A stretch of 64,000 bases of DNA from Octopus vulgaris (lineage: Eukaryota), in NCBI GenBank assembly GCA_951406725.2, contig OX597828.1, forward strand, positions 49,724,001 through 49,788,000, given 5' to 3'. The notes beneath the pieces were generated by a model. It was not told where the DNA came from. It did no database searches and was given only the letters and a program-made list of their open reading frames with translations. Positions 1-12,912 of this stretch are shown here, in pieces; the stretch's first letter is position 1; every line of letters begins with the position of its first letter. Made by a program: the position numbers and the translations under genes.

Positions 1-632
1 TCCAAGACAGAGTTATGAAAATTAATGCCAACATGCAACGTCAATTTGAAAACCACTTAACCCATTACCCAACAATTATTTTGAAAATAAATGTATTTTT
101 TCAGACATATTTTTTAATTGTTTTAATTCAGACAGATTTTGGCGAGTCTATCTTTTGACGAGTTAACTTGCCAGAGATAGAAAAAAATGATTTCGGTCAA
201 AACGCAGGGTAAGGGGTTAATTTCCCGTGACTTTCTTTGTCCTGATCAGATCAGGATATTAATTTGAGTTTGCTTTTAATTACTGGCTGATATTTTCAGA
301 CATCCTATTTATGAGGAGATAATTACACGTTAGAGAAAATGCCTCAAAAATATGACAGGAAAGACAAAAAGGACAGAATTGTTGAAATGTTTCACAAGAC
401 ATTTTTTATCTAAAACAGTCTCGGCTAATATGGTAGGCCAAAATGTTGAATTTGTAAAGCAATTTACAGATGCCATTGATCACCCATAATTTTACACAAC
501 AAATGCTGTGTGCAAGAACAACGTAGTGTAAGAGACCAGATCTGGCCAGTTTCAATGCTGAAGGGTTAAATATTTTGAGGATGTGATTAGAGTTGTGACA
601 AAAAACCATTTTGATAGCTGACAGGATTTGCA

Positions 633-990
633 AGAGCACCATCTGAGCGTGATCGTTGCCAGAGCAGCCAGCTGGCTTCCGTGCCAATGGCACGTAAAAG
701 GGCACCTAACGAGCATGATCGTTACCAATATCGCCTTACTGGCACATATAAAAAGATTCGAGTGAGGTTGTTGCCAGTACCGCTTGACTGGCCCCTGTGC
801 CGGTGGCACGTAAAAAGCACCCACTACACTCTCAGAGTGGTTGGCGTTAGGAAGGGCATCCAGCTGTAGAAACTCTGCCAAATCAAGATTGGAACCTGGT
901 GCAGCCATCTGGTTCGCCAGCCCTCAGTCAAAATCGTCCAACCCAAGCTAGCATGGAAAGCGGACGTTAAACGATGATGATGATGATCAT
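633..990 (+). mobile_element. SINE-like family A (tandem TGGCACGTAAAA units, GTTAAACGATGATGATG tail). Other copies: 4535-4910(-), 20995-21226(-), 24021-24232(+), 25931-26267(+), 28095-28310(+), 33140-33325(-), 39577-39812(-), 60068-60308(-), 63270-63845(+)
   Basis: Near-identical dispersed copies with (GAT)n tails. Confidence 0.9.
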
Positions 991-1924
991 CATCATCATT
1001 TAATGTTCATCTTCCTTACTGTCATGGATTGGATGGTTTGACAGGATCCTACGAGTCACATGACTACATTGTGCTCCACTGTCTGCTTTGGCAGGATTTC
1101 TATGGCTGGATGTCCTTTATGCCAAACAAGAAATCAACTTTCTTTTACAGTAGTCTTATATACAACAAAGTACACTGACAATATTTGTTTGAGATGAAAT
1201 CATTCAAACTTCTGATATGAAAAACAATGAGCTTGACTTTAGTCAGCCAAATTATTGATTGACTTAGTAATTCTGGTTTCATAGACTTTTTCATTGCATC
1301 CAAATAAACAGTATTCAGCAAAGTTTTAAGAAAACTGTTAACAATGTTTGACAGTAAACTTGACATATTTCAACACGATACTGACAGTGAAAGTTTCAAG
1401 TACAACCCAAAAGTAAAAAAATAATTTTATGCATAACCAGCTATAAAAATCTTGAAAAACACCCAAAACAGTTTATAAAAGAGCCAGGACCAAGAAATTT
1501 TGTTTTATATTTGTGAAAGCTCTATGGTTTAGAAAATAGCCTGGTGAAGCAGATTTCAAGGATCTGAACTTATATCCATTTGAGTGACCAGAATGAAGAG
1601 ATCTAGAAATGCAGTTAGGCCAACTTCCAATCTGATCCTATTTGGAAGTAAAAATGGTGCAATATTACAACAATAACCATCCTACTGGTCACATTTGCCT
1701 TAAATAATCAAAACAGAGAAAACTGTTTTGTCTAGAAGATGGAGCAACCTCTGGTGCTAAGGCCAAAATAAAATGCACCCAGTACATTCTGTAAAGTAAT
1801 TGGCATATGAACAGAGGTAACATAGGATAAGGAGAACTATTCAGTCTGGCTGAGGACATGACAACCTCCCTAGTGTTGATGCCACATTAAAATGTAGCAC
1901 CAGCACTTAGTAAAGTGGTTATCC

Positions 1925-2500
1925 ATTGGCACTATCTACAACTTGTTGAGCAATTTCGTCAACACTACCTGTGCATCATCTTCGACACCCACTGGATTAA
2001 CTATGTTCCTAACATCAAGATCCTGGAGAAAATGAAGGTCACCAACATCAAAGCAGATAAACTGAGCAGGACATCACCAAGATGGAGGATAATTTACTTA
2101 AAAGATGACACTGTACGGGGAAAACTCTATACTGGTCACCATGATAGAAGAGCACCAAAGAAAAGGTGCATGGATTCCTTAAAGAAATCTCCCTGTGCCT
2201 GCCACATTCATCATTGCCATCGACTGTTCTTTCCAATGACTATGAAACCTGGCATTTCACTGTCCACTAGGCAATGGACTCCTCTGAAGGGACCTGCATG
2301 ACCAACCTTGTAGACAAGAGAAAAATTAGGTAAAAACAGGAATACTATGACCGATCCTGATGACCAACCTTCTCATGCAGACTCTGCCCTCATACCTGTC
2401 TTCTCTGAATTGGACTAAATGAGAATCAACAAGCTTGCAACAAATGTGGACAGACTCGTTTGTAAATCTTTGCTCGCAAAACCAAGACAAGATGAATAAT
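1925..2500 (+). mobile_element. Degenerate RTE-clade LINE 3' fragment
   Basis: LVEQFRQHYLCIIFDTHWINYVPNIKILEK...RAPKKRCMDSLK resembles an RTE ORF C-terminus. Confidence 0.6.
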
Positions 2501-2557
2501 AACCATACAGAAAACAGTCTCTACCAATACCAATTATATAATTAACTCATGCTCCCT

Positions 2558-2656
2558 GTGAGTGTGTGTGAGTGTGTGTGAGTGTGTGTGAGTGTGTGCG
2601 AGTGTGAGTGTGTGTGTGAGTGTGTGTGTGAGTGTGTGTGTGTGTGTATGTGTGTG
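2558..2656. repeat. (TGTGAG/TG)n microsatellite
   Basis: Direct inspection. Confidence 0.9.
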
Positions 2657-5600
2657 CTATGCATATGACAAACACATTATCATCTATCAGTCCAAAGACT
2701 ACAATTGTTTATTTATTGTTTGGATTTTTAGATTTTTATTTATCAAGAAGCAGAGGGGTTGGGGGAGGTCTATAGTAAGAAACAGAATAAAGTTCACCAA
2801 CAGATGGAGGATACTTTTCATAGGATGGGGGGAGAGGGGCAGCTAGGTAGAGAAATGCTATTGTTCTGCTATAATCCAAAAAGTATTCTGAAACCATTCC
2901 ATCCTTCTTGCAAAGTGCAAGGAATTCAGCATAACCTTTTCTAAGATGGCAGGGTGCCATCTGAGGAACATTTGGCTAGTATTTATAGCAGGCCGAGAAT
3001 TCTTTGTATGTAATCCTGTCAATGGGGTCAGGATCACAAAATTAAGATAGCAACAGTTGAAAGAAATAAAGATGAGTTGTGTAACAATAACCCCATCTAA
3101 CTTAGATCAAGATAAGTGAATTTCATCTTATCTTTTATATTACTGGTTTCAGTCATTTGATTGTGGCCATGCTGGGGTACTACCTTCAAGAATTTTCAGT
3201 CAAATGAAACAACCCCAGTACATTTTTAAAAAAAGTTTCATACTTATTCTATCGGTCTCCTTTGCTGAACTGCTAAGTTACAGGGACATAAGCATACCAA
3301 CACTGTCTGTATCTGTGCCCCACTCACTACCACTTGACAACCACACACACACATACACCTTGAATATGGTATATTAACACTGAAGGATGAGTGAACTGAT
3401 AAAGACTAAATTGGATATTAACAGCATTTTGTCATAGATAGGATGTATACTGGATGTTGGAAGGGAGCACAAGACTGGACAAATAAGAACCACTCTCACT
3501 CACATACACAATGAGCTTCCACAGTTCCCATCTACCAAATCCACTCACAAGGTTGGCCCATGGCTATAGAAGACACTTGCCCAAGCGAGGGGACTGAACC
3601 TGAACCATGTGGTTGTAAAAGAAGCTGCTTAACCGCATAGCCACACCTGCACCAATGAAACATATTTTACATAATTGCTCAAACAATGGAGCAATCTTGA
3701 AATAAAGTCACCATTAAGCACTAAATAATGTAATTAATGTATATATGAAAGAGAAAAGAGTGTGTTGGCGATACCAAGGTCAGAGAGGAATCAAAGTATG
3801 AGAGAGGGGGGTGGGATGGGGTGGAAGCCACCATAATCACAGAGTTCCCCAGAATTAAAGGAAGGGAAAGAAGCCATCAAATTCATCATACAAAATCAAG
3901 TCAGCACTGATCAAGCAAACCCATAATTAAAAGCATTCCAATCAAGCACATCCTATCTTTTTAGGGGTTTCTTGCAAAATGAATAATCCCATAGCACACA
4001 CACACGTACAGGTATAAGCAATGGGCTTTTTCAGTTTCCATTTACCAAATCCACTTGCAAGGATTTCATCAACCCAAGGTAACGGTAGAAGCCACTTGAA
4101 CAAAGTGTCATGCAGTAGGACTGAAACTCCAAACCAGATGGTTGGAAGCAATGGGCTTCTTTCAGTTTCCATTTACCAAATTCACTCACAAGGTTTTAGT
4201 AGAAGCCACTTGTACAAAGTGTCATGCACCTTTTTTTTTTTTATCTTGCGCCTAAATCAGAAACAATTACTAGTATGACATGCTGTTAGATCTACAAAAA
4301 CTACTTCAGAGGTTCTCAATCATTTTTGGCCTATAGACACCACAACAGAATTGAGATCATAAAACCAAGGTGCCACAAAAAGCACCCAGTAACTCTAAAG
4401 TGGTTGGTGTTAGAAAGGGCATCCAGCCATAGAAACTAAGCCAAAACAGGCTATGGCACCTGGTGCAACACCTAGCCTTGCCACTTTCTGTCAAGCCGTC
4501 CAACCCATGCCAGCATGGAAAACAAAAGTTAAATCATCATCATCGTTTAACATCCGCTTTCCATGCTAGCATGGGTTGGACGAATGACTGAGGGCTGGCG
4601 AACCAGATGGTTGCACCAGGTTTCAATCTTGATCTGGCAGAGTTTCTACAGCTGGATGCCCTTCCTAACGCCAACCACTCCGAGAGTGTAGTGGGTGCTT
4701 TTACGTGCCAGTCAGGTGGTACTGGCAATGACCTCGCTCGAATCATTTACACATGCCACTGGCACGGGTGCCAGTAAGGCGATGCTGGTAACGATCACGC
4801 TCAAATGGTGTCTTTTACATGCCACCAGCACGGAGGACAGATAGCCGTTCTGGCAACGATCATGCTCGGATGGTGCTCTTTGCACCCTGCTAGCACGGAC
4901 GCCAGTCATCGAATTTGATTTTGATTTTATGTAACAATGTTACATAAAATGATTTACTTTGCTTCCTCATACTTTGAGGTAAATAAATAGTGTAGATTAC
5001 AAGTATATTGAAATTTAATGTGGGAAAAATAAATAAAAAGTTGATGGGCACACACACACATACGTACTGATTCACATATATACCTACAAAAAGAAGGTTG
5101 GAATTTTGAAAAAGAAAAAAAAATGACGTGTGTCTATGTATATATATGTGCATCCACCAATTATTTCTTACACATTAAATTCTGATATAATTGAAATCTA
5201 TGCCCTCTAAAAGGTAACTGTAGAAAATTTCATTAAAAGATAACTATTTTTCTAAAGACTATAAGGAAACAAAGTCAATCGTATGTATACTTCTGTATGA
5301 TCATTTTTCCTCGCTAACACAAGTTATATACTATGGAGGCAATGTTTTATAGAACTAATACTCTTCCTATTGTAAATTCCGGGTTTTTCAAGTAAGGGAT
5401 CTTATCTCAAGCAAGCGGAGCATTCGCTGTCATGAGAAGCAACAACTCTGCTCCTAGTTTAGACATTTCCATAGAGTGCGAATGTAAACACACACACACA
5501 CGCTGCGTTTCCTTCAGTTTTCGTCTATTGAAATCACTTACAAGATATTAGACAGTCTGGGCGCTACAATAGACACTTGGTGCTGTACAGTGGAACTGAA

Positions 5601-6269
5601 TACCAAGAAAGTGATTGGAAAGCAAACGTCCTGGATCTTTTCGCTTTGACCGGCAGATTTTTTAAATAATTTCTTTGGAACTAAACACTTTCAAACTTCG
5701 TATACTGGTAGAATGTGTTTATAAAACATCTTTTTCTCTTGGCTTTCTTGAGAAAATTCTGTAGTTTGTAAGCTATTTGTTCTTTAATCTCTTGCATTTC
5801 GGCAATTTCAACCAATCAATGACATCTATTGAGGTGAATTCAATTTCTGCCGGATCACTTCCTAACTGTACAACCATGCCTGCACCTCTATTTACACACA
5901 CACACGAGCACAATTATTCTTCATTCATGAGACCACATTACAGCTGTTTCAAACTAGCGACTTTATCAAACAGTCGTAATGTGTTCTTTCAGAGAGTATT
6001 AAAAAAAAAAACTCTTGCAACCTTATCTATTGAGTGTCACAATGAAAGACGTTTCCTTCCCATTAACGAACAATACATATATACATACATATACACTCAG
6101 GAAGCATGCACGAACATGATCTTATATACTACAAAAGACTTATTGACTGACTTTACGCACGCAACTAACACTATTGGTTTCAAATATTGGAACAAGGCCA
6201 GCAATTTCAACATCGACCCCAGTGCTCAACCGCTATTTATTTTATCGATTTATTTTATAGATAAAAGAC

Positions 6270-6490
6270 GGCGAGCGGGCAGAAACGTTAACACGCCGGG
6301 TGAAATGCGTAGCCGTATTTCGTCTGCTGGTATGTTCTGAGTTCAAATTCCACCGAGGTCGACTTTGCCTTTCATCCTTTCGGGGTCGATAAATTAAGTA
6401 CCAGTTATGCACTGGGGTCGATGTAATCGACTTAATCCGTTCGTCTGTCCTCTCTGTGTTTAGCCCCTTATGGGTAGTAAAGAAATAGGT
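6270..6490 (+). mobile_element. tRNA-derived SINE family B. Other copies: 6588-6800, 13930-14070, 27218-27437(-), 49312-49540(-), 56118-56325(-), 57998-58228, 59522-59755
   Basis: Head with A box TGGCAGAA and B box GTTCAAATTCC; conserved central GCCTTTCATCCTTTCGGGGTCGATAAATTAAGTACC domain. Confidence 0.9.
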
Positions 6491-7033
6491 ATTTATTTTA
6501 TCGACCCATGAAAAGAAGAATGGTGAAGTCGACATAGGGACAAATGGAATGCCAACTCGCCCCACTTTTAATATGAATTGTTAGTAAGGTGGCATGCTGG
6601 CACAATCGTTAGCGCGTCGGAAAAAAAACGCTTAGCGGCATTTCGTCCGTCTTTACGTAACGAGTTCAAGTTCCGCCGAGGTTGACTTCGCCTTTCACTC
6701 CTTCGGGGGTCGATTAAAATAAGTACCAGTTGAACACCGAGGTCAATATGATCGACTTGCGACCTTCACCCCGAAATTGCCGGTCTTGCGTCAAAATCTT
6801 AAACTAATATTAGTTGTTAGTTTAATATTGCTAATGTTATAAGCGGGGCCGGATTTAAACCCAGTGGGGCCCCCAAGACTTTGCCTGTCATTTTCAGCTG
6901 TATACATGTTTACAACGTTGTATATAATGTAAATATAAAGAATGCTTATAATTTCATATCAATTTTCTTAATTGTTTTTTTTTAATTTTCCAGCTATTCA
7001 TTTATTTATTTTCCATATTCTATAACTTCAATG

Positions 7034-7409
7034 GGAGCTTTTCGGTTTGAACGGCAGTTTTTTGTAGCAGTGTCATATGAAATTGTCACCCATAATTATG
7101 ACCCTAATATCGATCTATTGCATTTCAATCTGTTTTAGGGTGAGGGTTGGGGGAAGGGTATCTTTTTTTCTTCACAAATGTAAATAAACCCAATCTGTTT
7201 CTTAAACGAGGGACATATTCATACAGCACAGAATGTTTTTTACCTCAATAGACGTCAGTGATTGGTTGAAATTGCAGAAATTGAAGGAAAAAAACCCCAA
7301 ATATCTTACAAACCATAGAATTTTCCCAATAAACCCAGTATACGAAGTTTAAAATTTTTTAGTTACCTAGAAATTATGTTAAAAACTGTCGTCCAAACCG
7401 AAAAGATCC
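7034..7409. mobile_element. MITE of the GGATCTTTTCGGTTTGAACGGCAG family
   Basis: Terminal inverted repeats; related to 60471-61092. Confidence 0.75.
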
Positions 7410-8989
7410 GATTTTTAAAAAAATCTGTGCAATAAATTGCATATACCTCTACAATACACAAAATATTTTAAAGTTTTATACAATTCCTAATATCATATAC
7501 CATGAACACATAAAAAAAATTTTTTAAATAGTTAAAATATCTTCTTAGTATATAATGGTGGCAAGTTTTACATCATGTGAAAAGTGATTAGTTGTACTAT
7601 TAGTCCTCTTGCATCTATCTGGGCCACGATCGTAGCCTGTCGCACTTTGTGTTAATTATAAAAGTACACCGAATGGCTATGGGGGTCCACCCAAGTAAAA
7701 TAGGAATCAAAAGGGCCCATAAGCAAAAAAAAAAAAAAGTGATCGAGAGTTACTGAGTCAAAACTCAAGGCCTCGGTAGATCACGGGTATATCATTTTTA
7801 ATAGCTTTGTAAATCTAAAAGGGATCAATAAACTAAAAATAGGGCACGATAAATTTACAAACTCTACTGGATAAAAAAAATTATAACTCATTTGATTTAA
7901 AACATTTTTCACTCCAAGTTTTAGGAGACCTCAATGCTTGAGGGGGCGGAGCCGGGTCCTAGCCTATACATACATCGGGCCTTGGTTCTAAGTAAAACTG
8001 GCATTGCTAAAATCAGTTGTGTGTGAAAATGATTTAGCTCAATCCTTTTCATATAATACATATGCAAACACAAATATGCACGGTAGACCTGTTTACCAAA
8101 AACATTTTAGCTGTGACACTTTTTAACCTTTTCTTTGGGTCGAAAGTAACCCAATATAATTTTAAGTATTAATTAAAAAAAAAAGGGTTTATATCTCGGA
8201 AAAGACTTCTGTTCATAACTAGAAACATTTAAACAGATTTGGTTGGGGAGGTTAGGGGGCAAAATAACAAAGATGGGAAGAGAGAGAGAGAGAGAAAATG
8301 TGATAAGCTAGGGATTAAAGTAGATTAACTAGTAAGTTCATAAGCTTATAGAAAAGCTAAGACAACTAAATAGTAATGTACTCTATGAGAATTTTCCTAA
8401 TCCACATTGCGATAGGATGGCGAAGAGATAGTTAAAATAAGATAAGATTGGAGAGAATCAGAATATTTCTTGCAGAAGGCAGGAGTAAAATTGCAGTTTT
8501 TTCTTCTTTACTTAACCACATTTTTTTAATTTGTATTGAATTATTGTTGTCTTGAGAGAGAAAATGGAGAGACATGGTTATGAATTAGCTTTGGGTTGTA
8601 AGTAAAATTGACATGCACTAATGAACTTGTAATACGACTTTCTTTCACACAAATAGAATAATTATAAGAGGAAAAACGAGATTGTCAGGCAATCAGGATT
8701 TTCTTCCAAAAGCTAATCTTGATCGAAGTGAATTATAACAAAACCATACATACATTATTTACATTTGACGGATACATGTTTCAAGTGCAATACACACAAT
8801 CACAGGTCATATTTATGTCAGAACAATGCTATGTAAATCTTATTTTATTTACTTAAACCTGAAACTTCAAATAAATTAAAGACGTCCTATATATAGTGCT
8901 TATATATATATACATATATAAGCATGAACGTTCATTACACACATATTGTTGAATATAATTTCATCATTTGCACAAACGTTCAGCCACAC

Positions 8990-10347
8990 ACAATATTGTA
9001 GAACAAACAATGGGTTTATTAAAGTACAATTTTCGAGCGGGATACGACCAAGTACTGATTCCTTCCTTCTCCCGCTAGTCCTTAAAACCTCTAACCCCTC
9101 GGTGCCCGAACTATTGCACTCGTCTGTCGCAAATTGCAACGAAGACATCGCACCTAAGAAAACCCGCCAGAGTTGGATGACATGCAGTGAATATCGCTGG
9201 GTCGCTCGACTCTTTTGGGGCGTAGATGAGGTAAATTATTCAACAGAACAGAGTTCTGTTTACTTCAATAAATCTTCATTAAACAAATGTTAAATCTTCC
9301 AGTCCAGACTGACCAAGATTAAATATATATATATAAATAATCTAGACTGACTGAGGAAGATTATATAATATGTATATATAAACCAGGCTGATTGAGAGAT
9401 ATTATATAATATATATATCCTGAATGTTGACGTTACTTCAATGTAACAGCAATACCTGTTCTAATTGCAGCGCACCTGAGTCGTTTGGACGTTACAGTAT
9501 GACCAACGTATGTATTCTATGTCCAACTTCACCCAATAAGTCTGGATTTAGGAATTACGAAGAATCAACTAAGACGACGTTAGTTAGATCAAATAAATAA
9601 GACGGTTCTTTGATACACACAAAATGTCAACACAAGACAAAGCCATTATCAGTAGATGGAGAAAATTATCATAATCTCATCTGCCTCACCTGTCAGAATA
9701 TACCAGAAAGCGATATCTCGTCTCTTTATGGTACCAACAACATGAAGTTGGTTTAATATAACACCAACAGAGGCGGGGGATCGGCAGGTGGATGTTGTGT
9801 AACAGTTTTTCTAATTAAGCTTTTTTTATAAAGGAAGAAAGTGAAAATGGCAATTAAGAGTTTTTATTGAATTCAAGTGTTCATAATTCTTATCCTAACT
9901 CATAGAATAAACACCAGGTGTTAATTATATGGATTAAATAAGAAGCTTAGATATACTTCACCTGTGCGCGAATAATAGGTAAAATTTTCGAAAATTTTAC
10001 CCAATAATATATACGTGTATGTGTGTGTGCGTGTCAATGGAAGGTGTGCCAAAATGTTTAAAGGTACAAGCATTTACCGTCTACAGAAATAGCAGCCAAA
10101 TCAGCCTCAAATTCCACCCTATTATTTTAAAATAAGACACATCGATCAATGTAAGCGCGCGCGCACACATACATAGAAAATTACCCTTTAACAGGTAATT
10201 TTTTACATGCTAGAAATAGCAGCCAACACGGCCAAAAACCACAATTTTATAGCAAATTTGAAATACGAATATGTTGTCTATTGACTTTTTATACATGCTA
10301 GGCCACTGGTGGTGATATTTATAACGAGTATTCGCCACCCTATATAC

Positions 10348-10380
<33 letters not shown>

Positions 10381-12353
10381 CTGGGATGGTGATGACAGGA
10401 ATGGCTTTCATCATATAAGTCAGTTCAATCAAGGCTGACTTGGAAGTACACAACACCAACGTGAGTATGATTCATCCAAAAAGACATGGGAAACTCATAA
10501 AAATGTTCTCATTGAGTGACTTGACACGAAACCCTGCCAACCCACGCAGTCACCTGCTCCATCCACATGCACACAATAAACAAGTTTCAAATTTTAGCAC
10601 AAGGCCCGCAGCTTTGGGGAGGGGCCAAGTCAATAAAATCAATTCCAATTTTCAACTGGTACTGATTTTATCGCCTTCAAAAGGATGAAAAGTCAAATCA
10701 ACCATGGCATATAATACCATCATACTTTGGCTGGCTTTCGTATAATTTAGGCTTTTCTTTTTTTAAACAAAAAACAAGCAGTGCCCCAGGGTGGTTCCAG
10801 TCCAAGCCAATATCAGTAATTACGCCGGGCTCCGTCTTTTTAAAAGAAGATTTCTAAATAAATATGAAGGAAAATTCTATATCAGATAATCTGATAAATT
10901 CTTGATAAACATTGTTAGCGAGAAAGGTAAAATGGTTGAGAAAGGAAAAGATTAGGCTGAGCCAATCATTATTATTATTATTATGATGACATAGTTTGGA
11001 AAATTATAGAAAAATAAACAGAAATGAATGTAAACAGTCGCTGCCATTCTCACCAATTCTACAGACATTGGAACAACGAAGCACAGCGTGTGTGAGTGAT
11101 GAAGAGACTGGTTAAACCTTGGAAAGGATTATTTTGATTCCTCACAATATAATTAAGACTACATTATATATACCTATGTGTATGTGGTTGTGTATACACG
11201 CACTTACATACAGGGTGCACATAAATTACTTTTACAAGTTCCACGACTGTGTCTATTTAAAGTTGAGATCCATCAATCAACTTCTATGAAGTGTTCTGAT
11301 GTTTTTAATAAAACTTTTATCTCCTTGCCTATGTTTTGAAATAAACTGATGAGTTATCCATATTTTTCGTTTTCTTTTCAGGAATTTTTCAAATTGTAAA
11401 CGTTAGCTTATGGGTCTATACATACATATATACCGGAGTAAACACATAAATGTGAAACAAGGTGGAAAAAAAAGAGTACTCAAATACCAGAGGTAGAGTA
11501 ATCTGCTTTATTTAAAAGCAGCAGAAATTTAACAAATGCTGTTACTCGGAGTTTCACTCCTTTTGATAAATTTCTGCTGCTTTTAAATAAAGTATATATA
11601 TATATATATATACATACATACATACATACACACAGGTACATATATATGTATGAGTTTCAATATGCGAGGGTAAAAAACTGTATATCAGTGGTGCTCAACC
11701 TGGGTCCGTTGTGACCCTTGTGGGGTGGGGGCCCACATAAGATTTTGCTATTAAAATTTATGTGCAATAATATGGTTGTACTTCTACAATACACAAAACA
11801 TTTTGATAATCTTTTATATATATATATACATATACAATTCCTAATAATATTTAATTATAAAAATAGGATGATTTAAATGGCTATGGAGTAGGCTGGGGGG
11901 TCCACCCGAGTAAAATAGGAATAAACGAGGGTTCATAGGTAAGAATAAAGAAAATAAAAATTAAATGGTTGAGAGCCACTGACAGACATGAAGCTGTCTG
12001 TATCGTATGTGTGTGTGTGTAGCAAATAATCCTTTGAAATTAAGGAAGCATCACCAAGAGAAGAAGAGAGATTCCATGGTGAGAAGCGAAGGAAAACACT
12101 GCAGGGCTGAGATTCTTGGAGAAATGTTGTTTACATGAAGAATGAGAAACAAAGAACCAAATATATGGTAAAAGATATAACAGAAGAATGTATATTATAT
12201 ATTAAATAGCCATTCTGAATAATAGTGATATATATATATATGGTTATCAAAAGCGATGTGGAAATGGAAGTGGAATAATAATAAAAGACTTACCCAAAAC
12301 AACAAACAGAGAATCAATAGGCAGCACTTGGACATCTTTGTGCTCAAAGACAT
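8990..12353 (-). other. Putative spliced divergent transcript (orphan small protein or lncRNA); candidate exons 12294-12353, 12055-12114, 11054-11117, 9690-9810, 9456-9541, about 8990-9153
   Basis: A chain of unique-sequence blocks with canonical minus-strand splice sites, compatible phases, and AATAAA at 9015-9020; no homology recognised. Confidence 0.45.
11430..11594. mobile_element. Penelope-like inverted terminal fragment
   Basis: CTTTATTTAAAAGCAGCAGAAATTT and its inverse, flanked by (TA)n. Confidence 0.5.
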
Positions 12354-12499
12354 TCTTCAACTGGCGAAACAGTCAGCAATGATTATTCAGTATTGGTCAG
12401 ACAGTAGTAACAGTACTAGTAGTAGTACTACTACTAGATATATATTAGTGCTTATTATGTGGAGAGTGAGAGAGAGAGAGAAAGGGAGAGAGGATGGAA

Positions 12500-12852
12500 T
12501 CAATCGATGACAACGTTCGATGATAAGAAACGGAGTGAAAAAGATTTTTTGCCAGACTTTTGTGACGTTGTTTTACTCACGTGACAACTACATTGCTTCA
12601 CGAGCCTCTCCGGAAACAAACATTACGTCGTTTCTATCGATTTTTTAGAAAAATCACTATTATTATTAATATTGGTATTAGTTTTAATACTAGATAGTTA
12701 ACTAACTGAAATAAAGATATTTGGTCAAAATGAATAATGTTCTAAAAAAAAAAGAAAAATCTCGCTAACCTAAATATCATTCCCATGATGCACTAGGTCT
12801 ATCTTTCCCGTTCAGCCATATTCTTCTATCAGACTTCGTTCGTCTCTCCAAG
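12500..12852. promoter_or_regulatory. ATP5F1A promoter, probably bidirectional
   Basis: Locally CpG-rich. TCACGTGAC E-box 12577-12585, CCGGAA ETS-like 12610-12615, TTCCCATGATGCA ZNF143/Staf-like at 12780, GCCATATT YY1-like at about 12816, pyrimidine-rich initiator region. Confidence 0.6.
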
Positions 12853-12912
12853 ATGTTAGCTGCACGGGTCACTGCCACTCTTGCCAGGAATCTTCCAAGG
12901 GCAGCCACCAAG
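12853..12912 (+). CDS. ATP5F1A: ATP synthase F1 subunit alpha, exon 1 (mitochondrial presequence MLAARVTATLARNLPRAATK)
   Basis: ATG at 12853; Arg/Ala/Leu-rich peptide with no acidic residues; AAG|gtatgg donor, phase 0. Confidence 0.9.

Noticed and set aside
633-810. CRISPR-like repeat-spacer array
   Set aside because: Eukaryotic context; these are internal tandem units of a dispersed SINE and there are no cas genes
1145-1366. 73-aa minus-strand ORF as a gene
   Set aside because: No recognisable homology and no phase-compatible exon chain found
5777-6340. 187-aa ORF
   Set aside because: Stitched from MITE, SINE and simple-repeat sequence; no domain or splice support
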